Shown here piece by piece: positions 9,181-18,103 of a stretch of 64,000 nucleotides of DNA (positions are counted from its first letter, which is position 1; every line of letters begins with the position of its first letter). Made by a program: the position numbers and the translations under genes. The stretch is from Candidatus Omnitrophota bacterium (lineage in GTDB: Bacteria > Omnitrophota > Omnitrophia > Omnitrophales > Aquincolibacteriaceae): assembly GCA_030698625.1 (NCBI GenBank), contig JAUYMS010000046.1, positions 56,348 to 120,347 on the forward strand, written 5' to 3'. The notes beneath the pieces were generated by a model. The model made no database searches, was not told the origin of the DNA, and worked only from the letters and a program-made list of their open reading frames with translations.

Positions 9181-10179
9181 CTATTGTGTTCCGCGCGGGG
9201 AGCTGCCTTTAGCGGCTTCCGGAGCCGGAAAATGTTTTCGGTACCAGGCCAGCGTCCTTTCAATGCCGATGTCCAAGGATGTCTCCGGCGTCCAGTCGAA
9301 GACATCCTTGGCCCGGTCGATGCTGACCTTTAATTTGAATCCTATGCTGGGTTTGGAATGGTCGTATTCAATTGTTAACTTACGCCCGGAATGCTCGATG
9401 ATCTTTTCCACGAGCCGGGTTACGGATATCGATTCTCCGGAACCGACATTGACGAGCTCAAAGGGCTGCTCCTGATTCTCAATCGCGAGGGCCATAAAAT
9501 TAACAAGATCTTCCACGTAAAGAAAATCGCGCTCGTCCGACCCGTCGCCCCAGACGACGACCTTACCGTCTTTGGCCGACATGACCTTGGCCATTGTGGC
9601 ACCAAAAACATGTGCCGTTTCCAGGTCAAATTTGTCGCGGGGCCCATAGATGTTCGTATGGCGAATCACGGTAAATTTCGTCGGGCTGATGCGCGAATAA
9701 AATTCGCACATCTTCTCATTGTAGACCTTCGTCCAACCTACTCCGAAATATTTATCGATCATTTCACCGTTAAAATCCTCTTCCTTGACCGGAGCATCCT
9801 GCTCTTTGTACATGGTTGTGCAGCTTAGGAAAACCACATGCTTGATTTTCGCTTCGTAGCAGGCCCTCAGGATATGCGCATTCATAACCGCGTTATCGGT
9901 AACGTGAAGGTAAGGTTTGTTGATGATGACATTGGCCCCGGAAGTCGTGGCAGCCGCCTGAATCACAATATCTTTTCCCTGAATAGCGCGCGCGGCATCT
10001 TCGGGGTTTCTGAGATCAGCATGAATGAATTCCACCGGCCCTTTCTGATTGTTGATCAGAGGCGGGACCTTGCGGTATGTGGCGAAGAGCTCAAAGGCCG
10101 TGTCTCCAAGGAATCTCTCCACCAAACTTCTTCCTATAAATCCGGTACTTCCGCAAACGAGGACTTTTTGCCTTTTCAT
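9181..10179 (-). CDS. NAD-dependent nucleotide-sugar epimerase/dehydratase (extended SDR)
   Basis: Start set to MKRQKVLVCGSTGFIGRSL (ATGA overlap with upstream gene); YxxxK region and SDR fold. Confidence 0.65.
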   Translation of the reverse strand: MKRQKVLVCGSTGFIGRSLVERFLGDTAFELFATYRKVPPLINNQKGPVEFIHADLRNPEDAARAIQGKDIVIQAAATTSGANVIINKPYLHVTDNAVMNAHILRACYEAKIKHVVFLSCTTMYKEQDAPVKEEDFNGEMIDKYFGVGWTKVYNEKMCEFYSRISPTKFTVIRHTNIYGPRDKFDLETAHVFGATMAKVMSAKDGKVVVWGDGSDERDFLYVEDLVNFMALAIENQEQPFELVNVGSGESISVTRLVEKIIEHSGRKLTIEYDHSKPSIGFKLKVSIDRAKDVFDWTPETSLDIGIERTLAWYRKHFPAPEAAKGSSPRGTQ

Positions 10180-11159
10180 TCTTCTCTCACTCTCCGGCGC
10201 CATTCGTCCAGCAGGTGAATGACGCTCTCTTCGAAATCGATTTTGGGTTCCCAACCGGTTGCCTTGTGAAACTTATCCGTATTGGGAATTTGAAGTGTCA
10301 CATCAGCCGGTCTCAGAAGAGCCGGGTCCTGCCGTGAAGGAATCTTCTTCTTCGCATGCTTTTTGAGGAGCTCCAAAAAATCACCTACGGAAATCGTTTT
10401 CTTACCACCGATATTATAAACCTCGCCCGGCTCACAATGTAAAATAGCGATCCAATAAGCCTCCATGGCGTCGCGGACGTCGATGAGGGTGCGGATGGAA
10501 TCCAAGTTGCCGTGTAAGAGCTCTTTCTGCAGTCCTGCCTCGATGCGAGCCACCTGCCTGGCGAAGGATGTCGCGAAGAGGTCAGTCCGCCGCGGATTGA
10601 TGTAGGCAAACATGCGCGTCCGGATCATCTTCATCCCGTAGCTTCTATAATAAGTCCACGCCAGCTGGTCTTGAGCCGTTTTTGAGACGGCATAAGGGCT
10701 TGAAGGACAGATGGGACAGTCTTCGGTGATTGGGACATTCTTGGGGTCTACCTGTCCGTAAACTTCTGAGGTGGAACAGTGCTGGATGATGGGGTTGAGT
10801 TTGAGGATGCGTATCGCCTCAAACAGATTGAGTGTTCCCATGATATTGTTTTCCATCACGGCGCGCGGGTAGAGAAAAGAAGCCCGCACATTGGCATTCG
10901 AAGCGAGGTGAAAGATGACGTCGGGTTTTACCTTCTCCAGCACTCCGAGTACGGAAGAGAGGTCGTTCAAATCACATTCATGCAGGCGGCATTTGTCTTT
11001 GACAGCCGCAAGATTTCGCGGGGCGCTCGTGCTGTGCCACCGCATAATACCGTGAATTTCAACTTTCTGATTCTGGGCCAGATACTCAGCCAGGTAGCTT
11101 CCGCCCGATCCGGAAATTCCCGTTATCAATGCCCGTTTAATTTTTTTTGCATCGATCAT
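10176..11159 (-). CDS. gmd: GDP-mannose 4,6-dehydratase family (GDP-sugar 4,6-dehydratase)
   Basis: KRALITGISGSGGSYLAEYL matches the Gmd N-terminus (ALITGITGQDGSYLAEFLL); GNLDSIRTLIDVRD resembles the Gmd GNLDAKRDWG region. Confidence 0.6.
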   Translation of the reverse strand: MIDAKKIKRALITGISGSGGSYLAEYLAQNQKVEIHGIMRWHSTSAPRNLAAVKDKCRLHECDLNDLSSVLGVLEKVKPDVIFHLASNANVRASFLYPRAVMENNIMGTLNLFEAIRILKLNPIIQHCSTSEVYGQVDPKNVPITEDCPICPSSPYAVSKTAQDQLAWTYYRSYGMKMIRTRMFAYINPRRTDLFATSFARQVARIEAGLQKELLHGNLDSIRTLIDVRDAMEAYWIAILHCEPGEVYNIGGKKTISVGDFLELLKKHAKKKIPSRQDPALLRPADVTLQIPNTDKFHKATGWEPKIDFEESVIHLLDEWRRRVREE

Positions 11160-11215
11160 AAGAGACTCTTCTAAGCAGTTTCATTCTCTCGAAAGACGTT
11201 TAAACGTTTTCGGTT

Positions 11216-12199
11216 TTAAGCTGTTTTATTTTTTCTGAAAACGTTATAGCGTTTACCGATTTTGTCGCGATTTTCGCGGAACCAATCCATGACTTCTTTG
11301 ATCCCATCCTCAATGGAGATCTCGGGCTCGAACCCGAGTTCTCTCATTCGCGATGTATCCATCAAGCGTTTTTGATCGCCCGAAGGTTTGGAAGTATCCC
11401 ATTCGATTTCAGGTCGTGGGTCTGTATTGCGCGAAATGATCTCAACGATTTCGCTGATCTTGACGCCTTGACCGCTTCCGAGATTGACGGGTTGCAGTGC
11501 CGGCTTTTCAAGCGCGGCGATCATGCCGCGGGCGACATCGCGGGCGTGAATAAAGTCCCTCACGGCAGTGCCGTCGCCCCAAACCTTCAGGGGGTTTTCT
11601 CCGTCAAGTGCCCGGCGAATTAAAGTGGGAATCACCATGGCATTTTCGGGGTCAAAGTTGTCATACGGCCCATAGACGTTCGCGGGCCGGACGATGACGA
11701 CATCTTTCCAGTCGTACTCAATGCGATAGGCTTCAGCCTGCAGCTCACCCATGCGTTTTGCCCAGCCGGCAAATCGATCATGTTCGGACGGAAACGTTTT
11801 CCAGACATCGTCTTCATGAAAGACCTCAGCCGGTGCATAGACGCCAATCGTGCTGGTGTAAAGATACCGCTTTACGCCGGACTGGCGCGCGGCCTCCATC
11901 ATATTGGTGTTGAAGGTGATGGTGGGGACGAAGAAGCTCGCAGGCTTCTTGGCGGTCATTGCCGGCGATCCCTTGATTCCGGCAAGATGGAACACGTAAT
12001 CCATATCTTCGCAGGCTTCCAGGCAGTGGTTCAGGTACATGAGGTTTTTTTGAATGAACTCGGCCTTCGGGTGAGCGCGCGAGGGATCGTCCAGGGAAAC
12101 GATGGTCACTTGTGCGCCCCGCTCCAAGAGGAGTTCCACGAGAGGTCTTCCGATCAGCCCCGTCCCGCCTGTTACAAGCACCCGCTTATCTTTAAACAC
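11216..12199 (-). CDS. GDP-L-fucose synthase/ColC-like SDR epimerase-reductase (second copy)
   Basis: Paralog of 4440-5432; start likely GTG at 12197-12199 with an AGGAGA RBS overlapping the stop of the upstream E1-beta gene (track ORF extends to 12238). Confidence 0.65.
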   Translation of the reverse strand: MFKDKRVLVTGGTGLIGRPLVELLLERGAQVTIVSLDDPSRAHPKAEFIQKNLMYLNHCLEACEDMDYVFHLAGIKGSPAMTAKKPASFFVPTITFNTNMMEAARQSGVKRYLYTSTIGVYAPAEVFHEDDVWKTFPSEHDRFAGWAKRMGELQAEAYRIEYDWKDVVIVRPANVYGPYDNFDPENAMVIPTLIRRALDGENPLKVWGDGTAVRDFIHARDVARGMIAALEKPALQPVNLGSGQGVKISEIVEIISRNTDPRPEIEWDTSKPSGDQKRLMDTSRMRELGFEPEISIEDGIKEVMDWFRENRDKIGKRYNVFRKNKTA

Positions 12200-12207
12200 G
12201 CTATCTC

Positions 12208-13263
12208 CTAAAAGGGACCCTTGAAGCGATTTTCCCAAGAATAAAAACTTTCACCGGAAAGATCTGTTTCGTCTAATCCAAGCATCTGTTCAACCGTGCG
12301 AATGATAGTGACGGCTGAGGGATAAAATAAATTCTCAAGCGGACGAGTCGTCGGGCAGGGTGTGTGAGCGAAGCCCAGGCGTTTGACCGGAGATTTCAGA
12401 TCTCCAAAACAGGCCTCGGAAACCTGCGCAGCGACCTCAGCGCCGAATCCGCAAAAGGCCCAGTCGTAGTCTGCCACGATACAGCGCTTCGTTTTTTTTA
12501 CGGAATCGATAATGGTAGCAGAGTCAAGCGGGGCCAGCGTTCGGACATCGACGATCTCGACCGATACGTTTCGCTTCTCCAGGACCTCACGCGCCTTCAG
12601 GGCCTCGACCATCATCCACGAAGTCGTCACGATGCTTACGTCTTTACCCTCGCGTTTCACTAGGGCCTTTCCGAGCGGGATCTTAAAGTTAAAATCGACA
12701 TCGCCATAGGCGTCATAAAGCCAGCGGTGCTCCAGGACAATAACCGGATCGTCGTCTTGAACGGCAGACCGCAGCAGGCTGTAGGCGTCTTGCGGGTTCG
12801 TGGGCATAACGACCTTAAGGCCCGGGATATGGGCAAAAACGCTCTGCATGGTTTTACTGTGTTGGGCGCCTTGGCCCCAGCCACGACCGATGACGGCACG
12901 GATCACAATCGGGAGTTTGAGTTTTCCTCCTGAGAGATACCTGGCGCATGAGATCATGTTAGCGATCTGATTCATAGCGAGCATCATGAAATCAACACGG
13001 ATATGGACATGGACCGGCCGTAGTCCGCTGATGGCCGCACCGAGGGCCAGACCCGTCATCGCATCTTCAGATAGGGGAGTGGAAAAACAGCGCCTTGGGC
13101 CGAATTTCTCAACGAGCCCGACCGTGCTTCCAAAGATCCGTTTGTGGTCGGCGACATCCAAACCGTAGACGAAGACCTTGTCGTCGGCTTGCATTTCGTC
13201 GACAAGCGCGCGATTCAGCGCTTCTTTGAATTGGATCTGGGTTTTTATGGCGCTCTCCGACAT
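12208..13263 (-). CDS. TPP-dependent 2-oxoacid dehydrogenase E1 beta subunit-like (second copy)
   Basis: 351 aa E1-beta/transketolase C-terminal architecture. Confidence 0.7.
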   Translation of the reverse strand: MSESAIKTQIQFKEALNRALVDEMQADDKVFVYGLDVADHKRIFGSTVGLVEKFGPRRCFSTPLSEDAMTGLALGAAISGLRPVHVHIRVDFMMLAMNQIANMISCARYLSGGKLKLPIVIRAVIGRGWGQGAQHSKTMQSVFAHIPGLKVVMPTNPQDAYSLLRSAVQDDDPVIVLEHRWLYDAYGDVDFNFKIPLGKALVKREGKDVSIVTTSWMMVEALKAREVLEKRNVSVEIVDVRTLAPLDSATIIDSVKKTKRCIVADYDWAFCGFGAEVAAQVSEACFGDLKSPVKRLGFAHTPCPTTRPLENLFYPSAVTIIRTVEQMLGLDETDLSGESFYSWENRFKGPF

Positions 13264-13271
13264 GGTTTCGC

Positions 13272-14462
13272 TTAGTTGATGTCGTTTAATAGCGAACAGA
13301 GTTTCTTGATCTTGCTCACTTCAAGGTCCGGATAATTACCGATATAAAAACCGAGAAAATGGATCAGCTCCACCTGCGGGTACTTATCAAACTGGTCGCC
13401 GACAAGATGCCTCAAATACGGCTGACGCAATTGATTGCCACCACCGGATAAACCGCGGCGGTACTCCACACCGCAATCGCCGAGCAGAGTTGTCACCTGA
13501 TTGACCCGGTCTTTGAAAGATTCTTGAAGCACTAGGGTGAAGGCATAGTTGCTTGCGCCTTCGACCTCAAAATCGGCCCGGTACTTTTTGGGGTCCAGGG
13601 AGCTCAAAAATATGTTCAGGTTGTAATTTCTTTGCTCGATCTCTTTTTCCAGGCGAGGCAGATGATGGCGGCCGATCACCGCATTTATTTCAGTGCTGCG
13701 CACATTGTAAGCGGGAAAGGCGAATATGAATTCCGGGTTCAGGTCTTTGTGTCGGGTCGCATAGAAAGACTTAATTTCCTCAGAGGTTGATTCCCGCACC
13801 AGACCGTGCGAGCGTAACATACGTACTGTCTGATACACCTTTTCGTCATTTGTGCAGACCATACCGCCTTCTATCGTGCTCAGGTGATGTGCGTAATAAA
13901 AGGAAAAGTTTGAGGCCCAGCCGTGAGAACCCACCCGCTTGCCCTTGAATGTGGCGCCGTGCGATTCACAGGCGTCCTCGATTAGGGGAATGCCCCGTTC
14001 TTTTAAACCGTCGATGAGACGGTCCGTCAGAGCGTTATAACCAAGAATATGTGTCAGAAAGACGGCCTTCGTATTCGGGGTGATTTTTTTAAAGACTTCC
14101 TCATCGTCGAGGCCGAGTCGGCGAGGGTGAATATCCGCAAAGACGGGTTGGAAGCCGCATTGAAAAACCGCGGCAATATCGGAAACCCAGGTGAGCGGGG
14201 GGACGATGATTTCACCCGGCCCGAAGATCTCGCGCAATGCTGCAAGCGTCAAAAGATTGGCCGAAGAGCCTGAATTAACGAACACGCTATAGCGTACCCC
14301 GACCCACTCGGCCCATTCGCTCTCAAATTGTTGCACTTCCTCAGACTGAGTCAAACGCGGATTTCCCTTTAAAAAACGAATGACGGCATTGATGTCGTCT
14401 TTAGAAATATTATTACTCATAAGCGGCCAGTTCAGGCCGGAAGGTTTTTCAGAGACGGTCAT
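13272..14462 (-). CDS. DegT/DnrJ/EryC1 family PLP/PMP enzyme of the sugar 3-dehydratase type (ColD/E1-like, His replaces the Schiff-base Lys)
   Basis: 396 aa DegT-family fold; the FSF..K lysine position reads NFSFYYAHHLSTIEGG, the signature of ColD/E1/SpnQ 3-dehydratases; no C-terminal Fe-S Cys motif, so ColD-like. Confidence 0.6.
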   Translation of the reverse strand: MTVSEKPSGLNWPLMSNNISKDDINAVIRFLKGNPRLTQSEEVQQFESEWAEWVGVRYSVFVNSGSSANLLTLAALREIFGPGEIIVPPLTWVSDIAAVFQCGFQPVFADIHPRRLGLDDEEVFKKITPNTKAVFLTHILGYNALTDRLIDGLKERGIPLIEDACESHGATFKGKRVGSHGWASNFSFYYAHHLSTIEGGMVCTNDEKVYQTVRMLRSHGLVRESTSEEIKSFYATRHKDLNPEFIFAFPAYNVRSTEINAVIGRHHLPRLEKEIEQRNYNLNIFLSSLDPKKYRADFEVEGASNYAFTLVLQESFKDRVNQVTTLLGDCGVEYRRGLSGGGNQLRQPYLRHLVGDQFDKYPQVELIHFLGFYIGNYPDLEVSKIKKLCSLLNDIN

Positions 14463-14464
14463 GG

Positions 14465-15433
14465 TTAACTTAACACTCCTGTGTAGAGGTCATCGATTCC
14501 GGGAAAGGCGTCTGTCCGCGCCTTTGCGACACTCGCATCTATTTCCTTGTCAATGTCCGCCGCAATTTTCTCTAACGCCGCTTCCTTTGCCCCCAAGCCG
14601 AGCACCCAGTCTTTGGCCGCCAGTACGGGGTCCACGGCCTCGAGTTCCGCGGCGCTCGGTTTGGGCCGGTAGCCGGCCGCATAATCCAGCCGAACACCGA
14701 CATGGCTGCGAAAGCGATGATACTCGCATTTTAGAAAGCCAGGCTTCCCATCCTTGGCCATTTTGGCCAAAAGTCCTGTGGCGGCTTCGTGGATCAAGTC
14801 GACTCGGTGCCCTGGCGCTTCACCGTAGTGACATTCGAATCCTGCGACCGCGTCTTTCGCTGAACGGAATCCTTGCCGCTCTTTCTTGCCGGTGTGAATG
14901 GCCAGGTTATTGTCTTCGCAGACAAAGAGAACAGGGAGTTTGTGGAGGGAAGCAAAGTTGATGCTTTCCCAGAAAGCGCCTTCCTCCATGGCGCCGTCAC
15001 CGAAAAAACTCGCGACAACATTTTTCTTGTTCTGATAAACATTTGCGAATGCCGCACCGACCGCAACAGGGATTGTGGTGGCAACCACCGCTGACGTCAG
15101 AAGCAGGCCGCGTTCAGGTGCCGTCAAATGCATGGAACCCGCTTTGCCGTGGGCACAACCCGTGACTTTGCCGTAAAGTTCCGCAAAGAAGGTATCGGTA
15201 TCTCCCGTCAGCATAAGGTAATGGGCGTGGTTGCGGTAGGTTCCGAATACCTGGGGCGAACTCCCGAGAGCTGCGATTACGCCGACGGCAATGGCCTCAG
15301 CTCCGATGTGCAGGTGCACAGGGGTTTTGATCTCATCAGTGGCATATTCGGAGCAGATTCTATCCTCACACTTGCGGATGAGGAGAATCTTGTGATAAAA
15401 CTGGATGGCGTTTTTCGCGGAAAGCCGGCTCAC
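14465..15433 (-). CDS. TPP-dependent 2-oxoacid dehydrogenase E1 alpha subunit-like (second copy)
   Basis: 322 aa; GSMH and FFGDGAMEEGAFWESINFA TPP-binding motifs. Confidence 0.7.
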   Translation of the reverse strand: MSRLSAKNAIQFYHKILLIRKCEDRICSEYATDEIKTPVHLHIGAEAIAVGVIAALGSSPQVFGTYRNHAHYLMLTGDTDTFFAELYGKVTGCAHGKAGSMHLTAPERGLLLTSAVVATTIPVAVGAAFANVYQNKKNVVASFFGDGAMEEGAFWESINFASLHKLPVLFVCEDNNLAIHTGKKERQGFRSAKDAVAGFECHYGEAPGHRVDLIHEAATGLLAKMAKDGKPGFLKCEYHRFRSHVGVRLDYAAGYRPKPSAAELEAVDPVLAAKDWVLGLGAKEAALEKIAADIDKEIDASVAKARTDAFPGIDDLYTGVLS

Positions 15434-16428
15434 TGGAAATTGTTGGGTTCATAGATGACGATTTTGCTTCCCGTAAAATCCAATCGGAAATTCACATGAA
15501 TCAAATCCTTAAGCTTTTCACGAATTTCGGGTTGGCGATCGGGTCGCGCGAATAAAAGCATAAAACCTCCGCCGCCTGCACCCAGGAGTTTCCCCCCGTA
15601 GGCACCGGCGCTCTTGGCGGCTTCATAGATCGTATCCAGTGCCGGTGTGGTCACCTTATCGGATAAAGATCGCTTGTACTGCCAATATTCATGTAGGAGC
15701 TTCCCGAAGTTTTCTATCGGAATCTTCGGATTAATCAGAATCTCCATGCCTTCTTTGGCCATCTGCTGCATAATTTGCATCTCCCGCTTACGTGCTTCCA
15801 TGTTTGCGATGTGATGCTTTGCGATTTCGGAGGCGATGCGCGTAAATCCCGTGAAGACCAGCATCATATGTTTCTGAAAATCCTCGATGCGGTCTTTGGC
15901 CAAGATGAGCGGGGTGATATCAAAACTATCGTCAGCATGAAACTGAATGACGTTCAGACCACCGTGAGTCGTGAGTACTTGATCCTGGGAACCGACATGC
16001 TCCTTGAGAATATCCTGCTCCATGTGAACCGCCTCGGTGGCCAGATCCTTCTTGGAAATCATCTGCCCCTTGAGAGCATGGATGGCGTGGATCAGCCCCA
16101 CCGTGAATGAAGAACTAGATCCCAATCCGGAGCGAGCCGGCAGATCCCCGTCATGGTGGATTTCCAGGCCATTTTTGACGTCCATGGTATTCAAGATGCC
16201 GCGCACGGCAGGGTGCTTGATGTCCTTAACTTCATTGACTGAATCGATTTGCGAGTAAACGATGCGGTGCTTGAAGTCGAAGAAGGGGGGCAAATACCGG
16301 CAGCTTATGTAGCAAAACTTATCAATGGTTGAGCCGAGCACCATACCGCCATATTTGCGGTACCAAGCAGGATAATCGGTGCCTCCGCCAAAAAACGAAA
16401 TTCGAAAAGGTGTCCTACTGACAATCAT
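15430..16428 (-). CDS. GHMP-family sugar kinase (heptose-7-phosphate kinase HddA-like)
   Basis: RISFFGGGTDYP and PARSGLGSSSSF GHMP motifs. Confidence 0.65.
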   Translation of the reverse strand: MIVSRTPFRISFFGGGTDYPAWYRKYGGMVLGSTIDKFCYISCRYLPPFFDFKHRIVYSQIDSVNEVKDIKHPAVRGILNTMDVKNGLEIHHDGDLPARSGLGSSSSFTVGLIHAIHALKGQMISKKDLATEAVHMEQDILKEHVGSQDQVLTTHGGLNVIQFHADDSFDITPLILAKDRIEDFQKHMMLVFTGFTRIASEIAKHHIANMEARKREMQIMQQMAKEGMEILINPKIPIENFGKLLHEYWQYKRSLSDKVTTPALDTIYEAAKSAGAYGGKLLGAGGGGFMLLFARPDRQPEIREKLKDLIHVNFRLDFTGSKIVIYEPNNFQ

Positions 16429-16604
16429 ACCGTAATTTTCGTCTTATACCGCGTTAGGCTTAAGTGGAATAAGATACACCATTTAGGACAAAAAGACCAA
16501 GCGAAATTGGGGAAGGCTGATACTCTTCAGTCGCTCCCAGTTCTCTACAGGAAAAGCGTACCACATTGTGGGTGATTGTGTTAGATGCGGAAGGAAATAG
16601 TCGT

Positions 16605-17276
16605 TTAGGAGAAGCGCTCTGCGGCGATGAGGCGGAGGATGTCCATGCCATTAATGAGAGGGTTCATTTTTCGCACCCCGCCGATGCGGGCGGGTTCGTC
16701 GCCCGGGATTTCGCCTGTGTTGAGCTTGTGTTTGGCACAGCGAATAGACAGAAGCGGCTCAAAACCGGCACGCGGCACGCTGGTCTCAAGCTTCAGCATC
16801 GGCATGAGCGACATTCGCCAAGCCCGAAACATGACCAGTGAATCCGTATAGTGCCCTCCAAAAATGACATTGATCATGCGGGTAAACATCCAGTTGCCGA
16901 ACGCTGTGACGGGATCGTCATCCTCGCTCTTGGCGCCGTCCAGGTATCGCGAAACGACAACCATGTCGAAACCTTCCTTCATCTTGCTGACCAGATCGGG
17001 GATACGTTCCGGCACTGAATTCCCGTCGGGGCTGAAAGCGAGGCAAATATCCGTCTTTACGTGGGGGAGTCCCTCTTGATAGGCGCCCGTAATGCCCTTT
17101 GTCCGGGTCTGATGGACGATTTTATACCCCTGATCCTGTGCATATTCGAGTGTTCCGTCTGTCGATCCGCCGTCGACAAAGAGAATCTCATCCACCCATT
17201 CACGTTTGACGAGGGGCATGACGGCCTTCATTCCGGTGATCTCATTGAGTGTGGGTACGAATAATGTAACGCTCAC
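16605..17276 (-). CDS. Family 2 glycosyltransferase, polyprenyl-phosphate sugar synthase (DPM1)-like (second copy)
   Basis: GTG start overlapping the upstream stop (GTGA); paralog of 3770-4435. Confidence 0.7.
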   Translation of the reverse strand: MSVTLFVPTLNEITGMKAVMPLVKREWVDEILFVDGGSTDGTLEYAQDQGYKIVHQTRTKGITGAYQEGLPHVKTDICLAFSPDGNSVPERIPDLVSKMKEGFDMVVVSRYLDGAKSEDDDPVTAFGNWMFTRMINVIFGGHYTDSLVMFRAWRMSLMPMLKLETSVPRAGFEPLLSIRCAKHKLNTGEIPGDEPARIGGVRKMNPLINGMDILRLIAAERFS

Positions 17277-18028
17277 TTGAAAAACTCCTTTATAACTTCA
17301 AGGGATGTTTTTCGAAGTTCCGGCAAGACCGCTACCGCTTTATCTATGACAATGTTGCCGACACGATAATCGAACTCGCCGAAGCGAACGCGTTTGCGCA
17401 CAATATCGGCGAGTTCGGCCATGTGAATATTTTTATTCGAAGCGATATTATAAATTCCTTGTAGGTTCTGATCCAGAGCCTTTTGAATAAAACGAGATAC
17501 GGTGGAATGCGTCACGAAGTTGCATTCGGAGTCAGGCGTCAAACTCAACACCGGCTCTTTATCTTCGAAGATTTTTTTCAGATTTCCCTTTTTAGCATGT
17601 TGACCGAGAAGGCCCGCGCAGCGAATGATGAGGTGATTGGGTGTGTTGACGCGAACAATGGTCTCTGAGACGATCTTGGCCACAGAATAGGGATTTTCGT
17701 GGCTTTCCACATCCAGTGTTTCCTCCTCGCTGTGGGAGACCTCGTTTTTCGGGTAGACCTCGGTGGACGAGATGTAGACGAATTTCTTGTGAGGAAGAGC
17801 TGTTAATTTTTGAGTTAACATGACATTGTCTTCCAGGTAAGCGGGGAGAGTCTCCGGTGAGACCTTGCCTGTGGCATTGAATGCGGCGTGAATGATGAGA
17901 TCAACTCCTTCTTTCGCGAGTTTTTCCAGGAGTTCGGCGCTGTTTTCACGGCTGAGCCCGTAACCGCCAAAAACCTCATAGAGATGCCTTCCCAGGCCCT
18001 GTGCGACGCCGGTTGTGAGTACATTCAT
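17273..18028 (-). CDS. NAD(P)-dependent oxidoreductase, short SDR-type sugar reductase
   Basis: 251 aa; TGVAQGLGRHL Rossmann-like N-terminus; assignment by context and fold-level similarity only. Confidence 0.45.
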   Translation of the reverse strand: MNVLTTGVAQGLGRHLYEVFGGYGLSRENSAELLEKLAKEGVDLIIHAAFNATGKVSPETLPAYLEDNVMLTQKLTALPHKKFVYISSTEVYPKNEVSHSEEETLDVESHENPYSVAKIVSETIVRVNTPNHLIIRCAGLLGQHAKKGNLKKIFEDKEPVLSLTPDSECNFVTHSTVSRFIQKALDQNLQGIYNIASNKNIHMAELADIVRKRVRFGEFDYRVGNIVIDKAVAVLPELRKTSLEVIKEFFK

Positions 18029-18103
18029 GGTTGTCTATCATGTACGTCCGGCCCAGGTATTCCCTTAACTAAGAATGTCGCGTAAAATGTCGTTAGAGTA
18101 ATC

